Numbered from the stretch's first letter, positions 26,245 through 35,546 are shown. The stretch: DNA of 64,000 nucleotides from an uncultured Phycisphaeraceae bacterium (GCA_964577425.1 CAZNZC010000003.1:73803-137802); one strand, 5' to 3'. Translations and numbers: made by a program. The notes: generated from the sequence alone by a model not told the origin.

Positions 26245-26297
26245 GGGCCGAGTTGCACTCGGCCTTCTGACGGAAGAGGCCGAGTGCAACTCGGCCC
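26245..26297. repeat. Inverted doublet of a GGCCGAG hairpin module inside the atp operon
   Basis: GGCCGAGTTGCACTCGGCC (26245-26263) and its reverse complement GGCCGAGTGCAACTCGGCC (26279-26297), separated by a 15-nt spacer. Lies between atpF and atpH. Confidence 0.85.
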
Positions 26298-26319
26298 TAC
26301 GGAACTACCGGAGACGACG

Positions 26320-26919
26320 ATGCCCCTGCTTGAGACCGCCCCCGACGCCCTGGCCAATGTCTACGCCCGCGCGATGTTCGAAGCCGCGGAGAAGACCGGC
26401 ACCACCGAGTCGGTCCTCGGCGAACTCGAGGACATCCTGGAGATGTCCCGGGCCGACAAGGACCTGTCCGAGGTGCTCGCCTCCCGCCTGATCGACGCCG
26501 GCAAGCGGGACGCGTTCCTCGCCAGGGTCTTCCAGGGCAAGATCTCCGACCAGACCCTCTCGTTCCTCCGTCTGCTCAACCGCAAGGAGCGGCTGGCCCA
26601 CCTGGCGCCCATCACCACCGCGCTGGACATGCTGGTGCAGGACCGCTTCGGACGCATCGAGGTCGATGTGTTCACCGCGGCCCCGATCGGCCAGGGTGAG
26701 CTGGACTCGATCAAACGCCGTCTGGCCGAGGCCCTGCACAAGGAAGTCGTCATCCACCCGTACACCGACGCCTCGATGATCGGCGGCATCAAGATCCGCA
26801 TGGGCGACCAGTTGATCGACGCCTCCGTCCGCGCCGAACTCAACCGCCTGCGTGACCGGCTGCTGTCGCAGACCGGCGCCGTCCGGGCCAAGTCCCGCGA
26901 CATCCTCGGCCAGAACTGA
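26320..26919 (+). CDS. atpH: F0F1 ATP synthase subunit delta (OSCP)
   Basis: 199 aa from the ATG at 26320. Delta/OSCP pattern: YARAMFEAA..., IEVDVFTAAP..., HPYTDASMIGGIKIRMGDQLIDASV. Confidence 0.85.
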   Translation: MPLLETAPDALANVYARAMFEAAEKTGTTESVLGELEDILEMSRADKDLSEVLASRLIDAGKRDAFLARVFQGKISDQTLSFLRLLNRKERLAHLAPITTALDMLVQDRFGRIEVDVFTAAPIGQGELDSIKRRLAEALHKEVVIHPYTDASMIGGIKIRMGDQLIDASVRAELNRLRDRLLSQTGAVRAKSRDILGQN

Positions 26920-27018
26920 CCCCCCCCCTCCCCCCCCGCGGCCGAGCCACATCCCCCAAGCACGCCGCCCGGCCGCGGCCGACAACGGCTCCGCCGGGCA
27001 CGACCCAGGAGCCGACCC

Positions 27019-28224
27019 ATGCCCAAGAACTCCATCGCCGCCGTCGATGTCACCGGCAAGCGCGTGTTCATCCGCGTGGACTTCAATGTTCCGCTCAAGG
27101 ACGGCCGGATCACCGACGACCGTCGCATCCGGGCCGCCATCCCCACCATCAGGTCCGTCATTGACCGCGGCGGGCGCGCCGTCCTCGCCAGCCACCTCGG
27201 ACGCCCGGACGGCACGGGATACCAGGCCGGGGACAGCCTCCGCCCCGTCGCCGAGCGCCTGGGCGAGCTGCTGGGCAAGCCGATCCATTTCCCCTCGCAG
27301 GACTGCACCGATCAGGCCGCCGCCGACGCCGTGGCCAGGCTCAACAACGGCGAGGCGCTGCTGCTGGAGAACCTCCGCTTCCACAAGGGCGAGAAGAAGG
27401 GCGACCCCGCCTTCGCCGCCAAACTCGCGGCCTACGCGGATGTCTATGTGAACGACGCCTTCGGCACCTGCCACCGCCCCGACGCCTCGATGGTGGCCCT
27501 GCCGCAGGCGATGTCGGGCAAGCCCCGCGTGTCCGGCTTCCTGGTCGAGAAGGAGATCAAGTACCTCTCCGAGGCGCTGGCCAACCCCGCCAAGCCCTTC
27601 ACGGTGGTGCTGGGCGGCGCGAAGGTCTCCGACAAGCTGCCCGCCATCGAGCACCTGCTGCCCAAGGCCGACAACATCATCGTCGGCGGGGCGATGGCCT
27701 ACACCTTCCTCAAGGCCCTGGGGCGCGAGGTGGGCGCCTCCCGCGTCGAGGAGGACCGCCTCGACGACGCCAAGCGCATCCTTGATCTGGCGGGCGAGTC
27801 CAGGACCGACCTGTTCCTGCCGACCGACCATGTGTGCTCGACCGTGTTCTCCGAGAGCGTCGGCGACATCAGCGAGTTCGAGGACCGCATCCCCGAGGGC
27901 TTCATGGGCCTGGACATCGGCCCCAAGACCCGGCACCAGTTCAGCCAGGTCATCAAGAGTTCCAGGACCATCGTCTGGAACGGCCCGATGGGCGTGTTCG
28001 AGTGGCGCCCGTTCCGCGTGGGCACCCGTGTGGTGGCCGAGGCCATCGCGGAGGCCACCGCAGCCGGGGCGGTCTCGATCGTCGGCGGCGGAGACTCCGC
28101 GGCCGCGGCCGAGGTCTTCGGCGTGGCCGACAGGCTCACCCATGTCTCCACCGGCGGCGGGGCCTCGCTGGAGATGCTCGAGGGCAAGCCCTTCCAGGCC
28201 GTCGCGCTGCTGGACAACGCCTGA
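27019..28224 (+). CDS. pgk: Phosphoglycerate kinase
   Basis: 401 aa. Motifs RVDFNVPL, SHLGRP, and a C-terminal GGGDS..STGGGASLE. Confidence 0.95.
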   Translation: MPKNSIAAVDVTGKRVFIRVDFNVPLKDGRITDDRRIRAAIPTIRSVIDRGGRAVLASHLGRPDGTGYQAGDSLRPVAERLGELLGKPIHFPSQDCTDQAAADAVARLNNGEALLLENLRFHKGEKKGDPAFAAKLAAYADVYVNDAFGTCHRPDASMVALPQAMSGKPRVSGFLVEKEIKYLSEALANPAKPFTVVLGGAKVSDKLPAIEHLLPKADNIIVGGAMAYTFLKALGREVGASRVEEDRLDDAKRILDLAGESRTDLFLPTDHVCSTVFSESVGDISEFEDRIPEGFMGLDIGPKTRHQFSQVIKSSRTIVWNGPMGVFEWRPFRVGTRVVAEAIAEATAAGAVSIVGGGDSAAAAEVFGVADRLTHVSTGGGASLEMLEGKPFQAVALLDNA

Positions 28225-28252
28225 CCGCCCACCACGCACCACCACCCCCACC

Positions 28253-28978
28253 GTGAGCACCACCGAGCCGAGTTCGAAGTTCGGCATCACCACGGGGCGC
28301 GTCCTCGCGGGCAAGTATCGCGTGGACGGTTTCATCGGCTCGGGCTGGGAGGGCGAGGTCTACCTCGTCACCGAACGCCTGACCGGCGCGCCCCGCGCCG
28401 CCAAGCTGTTCTTCCCCGAGCGCAACGAGAAGGACAAGGCGGCCGTCTACTACGCCCGCAAGCTCGAACGCCTGCGCGACTGCCCCATCGTCATCCAGTA
28501 CCACCACGCCGAGACCGTGCGCCTCCAGGGCCGCCCCGTCACGGTGCTGATCTCCGAGTTCGTCGAGGGACGCCTGCTGCCCGACTATGTCGCCGACGCG
28601 CCGGGAAAGCGTCTCTCCGTCTTCGAGGCCCTGCACCTGCTCTACGCCGTCTCCAGCGGCCTGGCCCTCATGCACGAGCGCAAGGAGTACCACGGCGACC
28701 TGCACGCGGGCAATGTCCTCGTCCGCCGCCGCGGCATCCACTTCGAGGTCAAGCTCGTCGATCTGTACGACCGTGGCAAGGTTGCCGGCTGGAACATCCG
28801 CGAGGATGTCGTCGATCTCGTCCGCATCTTCTACGACGCCGTCGGAGGGAAAAAAACCTACGCGGGCCAGCCGCCGATCGTCAAGTCGATCTGCTGCGGG
28901 CTGAAGCGCTCGCTGATCCACCAGCGTTTCCCAACCGCCTGGCACCTCTGCCGCCACCTCGACACCGTGGAGTGGTGA
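28253..28978 (+). CDS. Small atypical protein-kinase-like protein
   Basis: 241 aa from the GTG at 28253. G-loop-like GSGWEGEVY, Lys in AAKLF, catalytic-loop-like HGDLHAGNVLV. I could not recognise an activation segment or substrate lobe. Confidence 0.55.
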   Translation: MSTTEPSSKFGITTGRVLAGKYRVDGFIGSGWEGEVYLVTERLTGAPRAAKLFFPERNEKDKAAVYYARKLERLRDCPIVIQYHHAETVRLQGRPVTVLISEFVEGRLLPDYVADAPGKRLSVFEALHLLYAVSSGLALMHERKEYHGDLHAGNVLVRRRGIHFEVKLVDLYDRGKVAGWNIREDVVDLVRIFYDAVGGKKTYAGQPPIVKSICCGLKRSLIHQRFPTAWHLCRHLDTVEW

Positions 28979-29130
28979 CCGCCCGACACGATCGGACGCG
29001 GAACCCCCGTTCGGGGGGTTCCCATGTTTTTTCCGATTCATCCCGGACTCACGCCGGCTGCATCCCGGCATGGGAAGGTATGTCATCGCCGGTGGCATTC
29101 CGCCGCCGGCCCAAGACCCGGGAGGTTTTC

Positions 29131-29628
29131 ATGAGCAAGGTACTGACCGCGATCTTCGAGACGCACCCCGACGCGGCGCGAGCCCTGGAGTCCCTCGTGG
29201 CGGCCGGCTTCGAGGCGTCCAAGATCAGCTTCATCGCGTCCGACGACTTCGACGCCGACAGCTTCGGCGTCCAGTCGGGCAACAAGATGGCCGAGGGCGT
29301 CGCCATCGGCGCGGGCGCCGGCGGTGCCATCGGCGCGGTGGTGGCCGGGCTGACCCTGGTCGGCGCGGTGGCCACCGGCGGCGCGGGCCTGGTCGTCGCC
29401 GGGCCACTGATCGCGGCCCTGGCCGGCGCGGGCGCCGGCGCCGCGGGCGGCTCGGTGCTCGGCGGGCTGATCGGCCTGGCCATCCCCGAGCACGAGATCA
29501 AGCACTACGAGGACGCCATCGAACGCGGCAGCGTGCTCGTCGGCGTCGAGTGCGAGAACGCGGACGAGCGCAAGTCCGCCCGGGATGTCTTCGAGCGCCA
29601 CAACGCCCAGAAAGTCTCCCACGCCTGA
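29131..29628 (+). CDS. General stress protein (YflT/17M-like ends with a Gly/Ala-rich hydrophobic core)
   Basis: 165 aa with RBS GGAGG 5 nt upstream of the ATG. N-terminal motif VLTAIFETHPDAARALESLVAAGF and C-terminal motif PEHEIKHYEDAIERGSVLVGVEC. Confidence 0.55.
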   Translation: MSKVLTAIFETHPDAARALESLVAAGFEASKISFIASDDFDADSFGVQSGNKMAEGVAIGAGAGGAIGAVVAGLTLVGAVATGGAGLVVAGPLIAALAGAGAGAAGGSVLGGLIGLAIPEHEIKHYEDAIERGSVLVGVECENADERKSARDVFERHNAQKVSHA

Positions 29629-29705
29629 TCCCGGTTCCGGAGGTCGGCCGTCGGGCCGCTTGTCGGCCCGGCGTCCGCCTCCGCACGCAAGAAAGGAATC
29701 ACCCC

Positions 29706-30209
29706 ATGTCGGTCAAGCTCGATGATCTCCACAAAGTCTTCGTCTCCCAGCTCAAGGACATCTACAGCGCGGAGAACCAGCTCATCCAGGCCCTGCCGAA
29801 GATGGAGGCCGGGGCGACCAACCCCGAACTCAAGAAGGCCATCCGCGACCACCTCAAGCAGACCCGCGCCCACGCGACGCGGATCGAGACGATCTTCGGC
29901 ACGCTGGACTACCGCCCCGGCGGGCACCGCTGCAAGGCGATGGAAGGCCTGATCGAGGAAGGGTCCGAGATCCTCAAGGAAGAGGGCGAGCCCGACGCCC
30001 GCGACGCCGCGATCATCTGCGCGGCCCAGAAGGTCGAGCACTACGAGATCGCCACCTACGGCACCCTCCGCGCCTACGCCAAGCTGCTCGGCATGGATGA
30101 CGCCCACGCCCTCCTCACCCAGACGCTGGAAGAGGAGCGGCAGACCGACACCGATCTGACCAGGCTGGCCGAGTCCTCCATCAACCAGCTCGCCATGCAC
30201 GCGGGCTGA
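29706..30209 (+). CDS. Ferritin-like DUF892 (YciE/YciF-type) stress protein
   Basis: 167 aa. Typical DUF892 N-terminus LHKVFVSQLKDIYSAENQLIQALPKM and the HYEIATYGTL motif. Confidence 0.8.
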   Translation: MSVKLDDLHKVFVSQLKDIYSAENQLIQALPKMEAGATNPELKKAIRDHLKQTRAHATRIETIFGTLDYRPGGHRCKAMEGLIEEGSEILKEEGEPDARDAAIICAAQKVEHYEIATYGTLRAYAKLLGMDDAHALLTQTLEEERQTDTDLTRLAESSINQLAMHAG

Positions 30210-30232
30210 CCCCCCCGTCCCCTCCCAACAAC

Positions 30233-30259
30233 CACGGGCGCACGCTCGGCCCGTGTTTT
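30233..30259 (+). terminator. Intrinsic terminator after the DUF892 gene
   Basis: CACGGGC, a 9-nt loop, then GCCCGTG followed by TTTT. Confidence 0.6.
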
Positions 30260-30262
30260 CCA

Positions 30263-30296
30263 GAACGGCGTCGCGCCCACGCAGCGCGACGCCGTT
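30263..30296. terminator. 12-bp perfect hairpin between convergent genes
   Basis: AACGGCGTCGCG-cccacgca-CGCGACGCCGTT followed by TCTC. Could serve mutL and/or the DUF892 gene. The U-tract is weak. Confidence 0.4.
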
Positions 30297-30352
30297 TCTC
30301 GTGCGCGGAGGTTGGGACGCGGGGGGTGCGGGAGGCAGCGTCGGGTCCGGCC

Positions 30353-32341
30353 TCAGCGCCGGTCGAACAGGCGTTCCAGCTCGGCGATGGTCAGGCGCAC
30401 GGTGGTGGCCCGGCCGTGCGGGCAACTGCCGGATCGCTCCACGGTCTCGCGCAGGCGCATCAGCTCGTCCATCTCGTCGTCGCTGAGCCGGTCGCCAGCC
30501 TTGACGGCGGCCTTGCAGGCCATCATGTCCAACACCTCGTGCAGAGCCTCCTCGCTGTCGGGTGTGAAGCCCTCCTCAACGGCCCTGTCCAGAAGTTCTT
30601 CGACAAACGCGCCGGGTTCCACGCCGCGGGAGACCAGGAACGAAGGCACCGCCCGCACGCCGACCGAGCGTGGCCCAAGCGCCGCGATCTCGAAGCCGAG
30701 CCGATCGAACAGCGGCGTGAGTTCCTCCAACGCGCCGACCGTGTCCCGGTTCGACTCGATCACGATGGGCGTGAGGAGTTGCTGGCGTTCCAGCCCCCCC
30801 GCCCCCCCGCCCCCCCCGGAGCCGGTCACGCGGGCCAGCAGTTTTTCGAACATCACGCGCTCGTGCAGGGCGTGCTGGTCGATGATGACCACGCCGTGCG
30901 CGTCCTGGGTGATGAGATAACTGGAGTGAACCTGCAAGACCCGATCGGCCGGACGGACACGCGGCATCTCGCCGGTCGGCACCCCGTGCCGACGCTCTTC
31001 CTCACCCCACTCACCCCACCCCCCCCCCGCGAGCGCGCCCGGCACCGGCTCGTCCAGCACGCGGCGGATCTCCTCGCGCAGGCGTTCCGGCTCCTCGGTC
31101 TCCGGCGTCTCCGGCGTGGGCCGCGCCCGGAGAAACTCGACCAGCCGGTCCACCTGCTGCTCCACCGGCACGGGCGGGCGGGCGGCCCCGGGATACGACG
31201 GCGGCAGGATCGCCGTTCCCCCACCCCCCCCACCACTCCCAAAGCCGGACCCCAGCCCCGGCAGGCGCTGCAACGCCGTCGGCGTGACATCGGCCTTGCG
31301 GAGCGCATCGCGCACGCCGTGGTAGATCGCCCGGTGGACCATCGACTGGTCGCGGAACCGGACCTCCAGCTTGGCCGGGTGGACATTGACATCCACCGCG
31401 CCGGGCGACATCTCGATCATCAGCACGGCCGTGGGGTGCCGCCCCGGCTCGATCAGCCCGCGGTAGGCCTCGCGCAGGGCGTGCTGGACCGTGCGGTCCC
31501 GGATGGTGCGCCCGTTGAGGAACAGGTGCTGGGCCTTGGCCGTGGCGCGGGCGATGGACGGCAGGCCGACAAGCCCCCAGACCAGCACGCCGCGGTCGTC
31601 GCCCATCCGATCGACGGACACTTCCAGCAACTGCCCGTCGAGTTCCTTGCCGAGGATCGCCAGGGCGCGATCGCGGGGGGTCTGGTCCGGCGGAAGATCC
31701 AGCCGGGCCGTGCCGTCGCACACGCAGCGGACGGCCAGCGCGGGGTGGGCCATCGCCAGGTCCTTGATCCAGTCGAGGCAGCGGGTCTGCTCGGTGCCGG
31801 GCGTGCGGAGGAACTTGCGCCGCGCCGGGGTGTTGAAGAAGAGATTGCGAACCTCGACCGTAGTGCCCACCGCCCGCGCGGCCGGGCGCGGCTCGGCGGC
31901 GTGGTCGCCCTCCACCGAAATCTCCCGTCCCTCCGCCTCGCCCCGGGCACGCGACAGGATGCGCAGGCGGGACACCGAGGCGATCGACGCCAACGCCTCC
32001 CCCCGGAATCCCATCGTGCCGATCCGGTCGAGGTCGTCGGCCGCTTGGATCTTGCTGGTGGCGTGCGGGGCCACGGCCAGGGGCATCTGGTCCGGAGGAA
32101 TGCCGTGGCCGTCGTCCGAGACGCGGATCAGTTCGACCCCCCCGCCCTCCAGGTCCACCACGATGCGGGTCGCGCCGGCGTCGATGGCGTTCTCCACGAC
32201 CTCCTTGACCACGGAGGCCGGGCGCTCGATCACCTCACCCGCGGCGATCTGATTCACCAGCAGGGTGGGCAGCCGCCGGATAACGGCGCGCGGCGGCGCA
32301 TCGGTCGGGGCGGACGCCGGGATGGTCCCCTCCGTGGGCAT
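30353..32341 (-). CDS. mutL: DNA mismatch repair protein MutL
   Basis: GHKL ATPase N-domain (LVNQIAAGEVIERPASVVKEVVENAIDAG, GFRGEALASI) and a C-terminal dimerisation domain. ATG at 32341; the alternative start is 32365. The linker contains a REP-A-like hairpin and G-runs. Confidence 0.9.
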   Translation of the reverse strand: MPTEGTIPASAPTDAPPRAVIRRLPTLLVNQIAAGEVIERPASVVKEVVENAIDAGATRIVVDLEGGGVELIRVSDDGHGIPPDQMPLAVAPHATSKIQAADDLDRIGTMGFRGEALASIASVSRLRILSRARGEAEGREISVEGDHAAEPRPAARAVGTTVEVRNLFFNTPARRKFLRTPGTEQTRCLDWIKDLAMAHPALAVRCVCDGTARLDLPPDQTPRDRALAILGKELDGQLLEVSVDRMGDDRGVLVWGLVGLPSIARATAKAQHLFLNGRTIRDRTVQHALREAYRGLIEPGRHPTAVLMIEMSPGAVDVNVHPAKLEVRFRDQSMVHRAIYHGVRDALRKADVTPTALQRLPGLGSGFGSGGGGGGTAILPPSYPGAARPPVPVEQQVDRLVEFLRARPTPETPETEEPERLREEIRRVLDEPVPGALAGGGWGEWGEEERRHGVPTGEMPRVRPADRVLQVHSSYLITQDAHGVVIIDQHALHERVMFEKLLARVTGSGGGGGAGGLERQQLLTPIVIESNRDTVGALEELTPLFDRLGFEIAALGPRSVGVRAVPSFLVSRGVEPGAFVEELLDRAVEEGFTPDSEEALHEVLDMMACKAAVKAGDRLSDDEMDELMRLRETVERSGSCPHGRATTVRLTIAELERLFDRR
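30974..30999. repeat. REP-A variant inside the mutL linker
   Basis: GGTCGGCACCCCGTGCCGACGCTCTT. On the coding strand it translates to EEERRHGVPTG. Confidence 0.75.
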
Positions 32342-32416
32342 GGACGATTCTACGCACCCCTTCACTTCCCGCCCCCTCGGCCCGGAACCGGGGCCGCTCC
32401 CCCACTACGATGGGCC

Positions 32417-32869
32417 ATGACTGACTCCATCTTCTCGAAAATCATCCGCAACGAAGTCCCCGCCCACAAGATCTACGAGGACGACCATGTCATCGCCATC
32501 CTCGACATCAACCCCCTGAGCGAGGGCCACGCGCTGGTCATCCCCAAGGAGCCGGCCGAGACCATCGACACGCTGTCCGACGAGTACGCGGCGGCCGTGG
32601 GCAGGGTTCTGCCCCGCATCGTGCGCGCCCTCAGGAAGATCACCGGGGCCGAATCCGTCAACATCCTCCAGAACAACGGGGCCGACGCCGGCCAGGCCGT
32701 GCCCCATGTCCACTTCCATGTCATCCCCCGCTTCAAGGGCCGCGGCATCCCCGTGCAGGGCAAGCCGGACAAGGAGAACGGACCCGGCCTGGAGTTCCAG
32801 TGGCGTCCCGGCACGCTGACGCAGGAAGAGGCGGTGGAGATCGGCAAGCACATCAAGCGGCTGCTGTGA
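32417..32869 (+). CDS. HIT-family (histidine triad) nucleotide hydrolase
   Basis: 150 aa. N-terminus FSKIIRNEVPAHKIYEDDHVIAILDINP and the triad HVHFHVIP. Confidence 0.9.
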   Translation: MTDSIFSKIIRNEVPAHKIYEDDHVIAILDINPLSEGHALVIPKEPAETIDTLSDEYAAAVGRVLPRIVRALRKITGAESVNILQNNGADAGQAVPHVHFHVIPRFKGRGIPVQGKPDKENGPGLEFQWRPGTLTQEEAVEIGKHIKRLL

Positions 32870-32922
32870 CCGCGTTTCTCGCATTTCCGTGTTCACGGGC
32901 AAGCTTTAGGTATCACTTGATC

Positions 32923-33282
32923 ATGAGCGACACACGCTTCATTTTGCCCGAAACGATGCGTCCCTCTTGGCTGACCTACCCGAGATCATTCTGTCGGCTG
33001 GTCGAACAAGGGATTATTCACCTCACGCCTTGGCATCTCATGGAAGGTGAACAAGCGCTGGAAGACGCCCGGGGCTTGGCGCGCAGGTACACGGATCGCC
33101 AACTCTTTCCGTTCGCTTTCAGGCAGGACTGCGACGATGTCGCCTGCTGGGAAAAGGGTCATGGAGAGAAAGTGTTCATCGTGCATGACTTCGCCTCCCC
33201 CGGCTGGGAACAGCGTGAGACATTCGACGATGTGTGGTCCTGGTTCCGGATGGCGGTGGGAGAAACAATCGATTGGGACTGA
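32923..33282 (+). CDS. SMI1/KNR4 (SUKH)-like small protein
   Basis: 119 aa with visibly lower GC. SUKH-like pattern: LPETMRPSWLTY..., LFPFAFRQDCDDVACW, VFIVHDF...TFDDVWSWF. This is a family guess only. Confidence 0.45.
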   Translation: MSDTRFILPETMRPSWLTYPRSFCRLVEQGIIHLTPWHLMEGEQALEDARGLARRYTDRQLFPFAFRQDCDDVACWEKGHGEKVFIVHDFASPGWEQRETFDDVWSWFRMAVGETIDWD

Positions 33283-33290
33283 TCCACATC

Positions 33291-33503
33291 AAAGCCCCGA
33301 AGGGGCGAGCGTGAGTAGCCACGGGTGGAGCGCAGCGCAACCCGTGGAACGCATGACGAGCCCGGAGCGTCAGCGACGGGGTGTTCTACAAGCCCCGAGC
33401 GTCAGCGAGCGGGGGAGGAGAACCCCACGATTCGAGGACTCATCGCGGGCGTGACCTTGTCATCCAAGCCACGCCCGGGATTCAAGTGCGATCCGTATCA
33501 TCC
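33291..33503. repeat. Mosaic repeat array (hairpins plus modules G, F and H)
   Basis: GCCCCGAAGGGGC and CCACGGGT..ACCCGTGG hairpins. 33356-33400 matches 10505-10549. AACCCCACGATTCGAGGACTCATCGCGGGCGTGACCTTG (33421-33459) matches about 1900-1938. CCACGCCCGGGATTCAAG (33469-33486) also occurs at 34447-34464. ATCCGTATCAT also occurs at 50947-50957. Confidence 0.85.
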
Positions 33504-34294
33504 CCTGCCGTGGTCGTCCGATCGACCGGCAAGGCACGCTCGCCCACGGTGATCGAGTCGAGCGGATCAATCGCCGTCACCACGCCCTCGACCCGCTCCC
33601 CCCCCACCACGAACGCCCGGCGCGTGCCGACCATCGCGTCGTGCGCGGCCCAGTGTTCCCGCACCGCCTCATCATCCGCCGCCAGCCAGCGGCTCATGGC
33701 CGCGACCAGGTCGATCGTGAGCATGAGGCGGTTGGTCTTGCCGCCGAGCATGGCGAGCGAGCACGCGCCGGGCAGCCCGTGCTCCGCCAGTTCCCCGGCT
33801 GTCTGCGACACATTGACGCCAACGCCCACGATGGCCGCGCCGTCGCGCCGTTCGATCAGCACGCCCGCGAGCTTGCGGTCGCCGGATGCGTCCCGTGCCA
33901 CGATGTCGTTGGGCCACTTGATGCGGATGTCCGCGCCCCCCCCGGGGGCGGCCAGTCGGCAGGCGTCCAGCGCGGCCAGCCCGGCGCGGGCCGAGAGGGC
34001 GACATCGGTGAGGTCGGTGCACAGCGCGAACGACACGGGCAGTGTTCTCGCGTCGCCGTCCTGCCAGCGACGCCCACGCTGGCCGCGGCCGTCGGTCTGG
34101 ATCGAGGCGACCACGACCACGCCGCCGGCTTCCGGGGTCTGGGGTCGGTGCCGCCACGCGGCGTCCTGCGTGCTGCCGGTCTTGGCGTAGACAACGACGC
34201 GCGACACGCAGCAGCGGTCGATGCCGGGCAACGCCGATTCGATGGCCGTCGCCCAGCCGGTCAGATCCTCGGGGTGGCCATGCTGCCCGTTCAT
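33482..34294 (-). CDS. birA: Biotin--[acetyl-CoA-carboxylase] ligase
   Basis: 270 aa from the ATG at 34294. Motifs TGSTQD, QTDGRGQRGRRW and KWPNDI....KLAGVLIE. Confidence 0.8.
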   Translation of the reverse strand: MNGQHGHPEDLTGWATAIESALPGIDRCCVSRVVVYAKTGSTQDAAWRHRPQTPEAGGVVVVASIQTDGRGQRGRRWQDGDARTLPVSFALCTDLTDVALSARAGLAALDACRLAAPGGGADIRIKWPNDIVARDASGDRKLAGVLIERRDGAAIVGVGVNVSQTAGELAEHGLPGACSLAMLGGKTNRLMLTIDLVAAMSRWLAADDEAVREHWAAHDAMVGTRRAFVVGGERVEGVVTAIDPLDSITVGERALPVDRTTTAGDDTDRT

Positions 34295-34339
34295 GCGGAT
34301 CCCGCTTGATTTTCGGGTGTGGTTCCTGTCCATCCACCA

Positions 34340-34464
34340 GCCGCGACCGCAAAGGAACAGGCTTTCACTCCGCTGTCGTTTGCACGCCGCGACGGCCGTG
34401 TTGCGTCGAGCGGCCGCTCCCTTGCAGTCGCGGCTTGTCGTCCGGACCACGCCCGGGATTCAAG
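34340..34464. repeat. Inverted pair of D-type modules plus an H module
   Basis: D-like variant CCAGCCGCGACCGCAAAGGAACAGGC (about 34340-34372), inverted D CGGCCGCTCCCTTGCAGTCGCGGCTTGTCG (34411-34440), and CCACGCCCGGGATTCAAG (34447-34464). Confidence 0.75.
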
Positions 34465-34475
34465 GGGGAGTCGGT

Positions 34476-35420
34476 TCACACCGCGTCCAGACCGAGGTCG
34501 AGCGACACCGCCTGGTGGGTCAGGCCGCCGACGGAGATGCGGTCCACGCCGGTCTCGGCGATGGCGCGGACGGTGTCCATCGTCACGCCGCCGGAGGCTT
34601 CCAGGATCAGGCGCGGCGCTTGCGCGTCACGCCGCCGGACGGCCTCGCGCAGCATCTCGGGTGTCATGTTGTCCAGCAGCGCCATGTCGATCAGCCCGGC
34701 GGGGAGGCCCAGCACATGGTCGAACTGCTCCAGCGTGTCCGTCTCGACCTGCACGAAGCGGAGCATCCCGCCGCCGCTCCTGGCCTTCGCCGCGACATCG
34801 GCGAGCATCGCAGCCAGACGCTCCGGGGCCACGCCCGCGATGTGGTTGTCCTTGACCAGCACGGCGTCGTGCAGGCCCAGCCGGTGGCACACGCCGCCGC
34901 CGCAGCGCACGGCGTACTTCTCCAGCAGGCGCATGCCCGGCGTGGTCTTGCGGGTGTCGCAGATGCAAGCCCTGGTGCCGTCAATCGCCCGGACGAACGC
35001 GGCGGTGCGCGTGGCCACGCCGCAGAGCCGGGCGGTCAGGTTCAGCAGCGTCCGCTCGATGCGGACGATGGCCCGGGCGCTGCCCTCCAGCTCGGCCAGC
35101 GTGTCGCCGGGGCGGATCGGCTCGGCGTCGTGGCGCAGGCCCCGGAACGCGATCGGCTCCCCGGCCTCCGCGAAGATCGAGATGATCTTGGGGAGAAACG
35201 CCAGACCCGCGGCCACGCCGGGCGAGCGGGCGACCAGACGCACCCGCCGGCGGTCGTCCCGGGAGAAGGTCAGCTCCCCCGTCAGGTCGCGCGGGGGCAC
35301 GCCCAGGTCCTCATCGCGGGCCAGTTCGAGCAGGCGGCGGACATACCCCGTGCGTGAAACCGCCGCCGCCAGATCGGACAGCGGGACCGCGTTGGGATCG
35401 ATGGTGTCGATCGTGAGCAT
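34476..35420 (-). CDS. nadC: Nicotinate-nucleotide diphosphorylase (carboxylating)
   Basis: 314 aa. QPRTase pattern: ICDTRKTTPGMRLLEKYAVRCGGG..HRLGL.DAVLVKDNH and a C-terminal EASGG...ISVGGLTH. Confidence 0.9.
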   Translation of the reverse strand: MLTIDTIDPNAVPLSDLAAAVSRTGYVRRLLELARDEDLGVPPRDLTGELTFSRDDRRRVRLVARSPGVAAGLAFLPKIISIFAEAGEPIAFRGLRHDAEPIRPGDTLAELEGSARAIVRIERTLLNLTARLCGVATRTAAFVRAIDGTRACICDTRKTTPGMRLLEKYAVRCGGGVCHRLGLHDAVLVKDNHIAGVAPERLAAMLADVAAKARSGGGMLRFVQVETDTLEQFDHVLGLPAGLIDMALLDNMTPEMLREAVRRRDAQAPRLILEASGGVTMDTVRAIAETGVDRISVGGLTHQAVSLDLGLDAV

Positions 35421-35546
35421 CGGGCGATGCTACGCGGGCCGGTTTCCTATGATGCCCGTGGCCCGGTGGCCCGGCTCGCCGAGCCGGGTCTCTTGATCCG
35501 GGAAAGAAGAACCGGCTCGGAGAGCCGGTCTACCTAAGGAGTCGGC

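Noticed and set aside
29652-29670. Hairpin CGGGCCG-cttgt-CGGCCCG after the stress-protein gene as a terminator
   Set aside because: No U-tract follows, and the next gene starts 36 nt downstream on the same strand. It is probably just part of an operon spacer.
30353-32341. MutL as the missing GHKL partner (Top6B) of the Top6A-like protein
   Set aside because: It has the canonical MutL N- and C-terminal domains, lies 17 kb away and sits in an unrelated context. No transducer domain is present.
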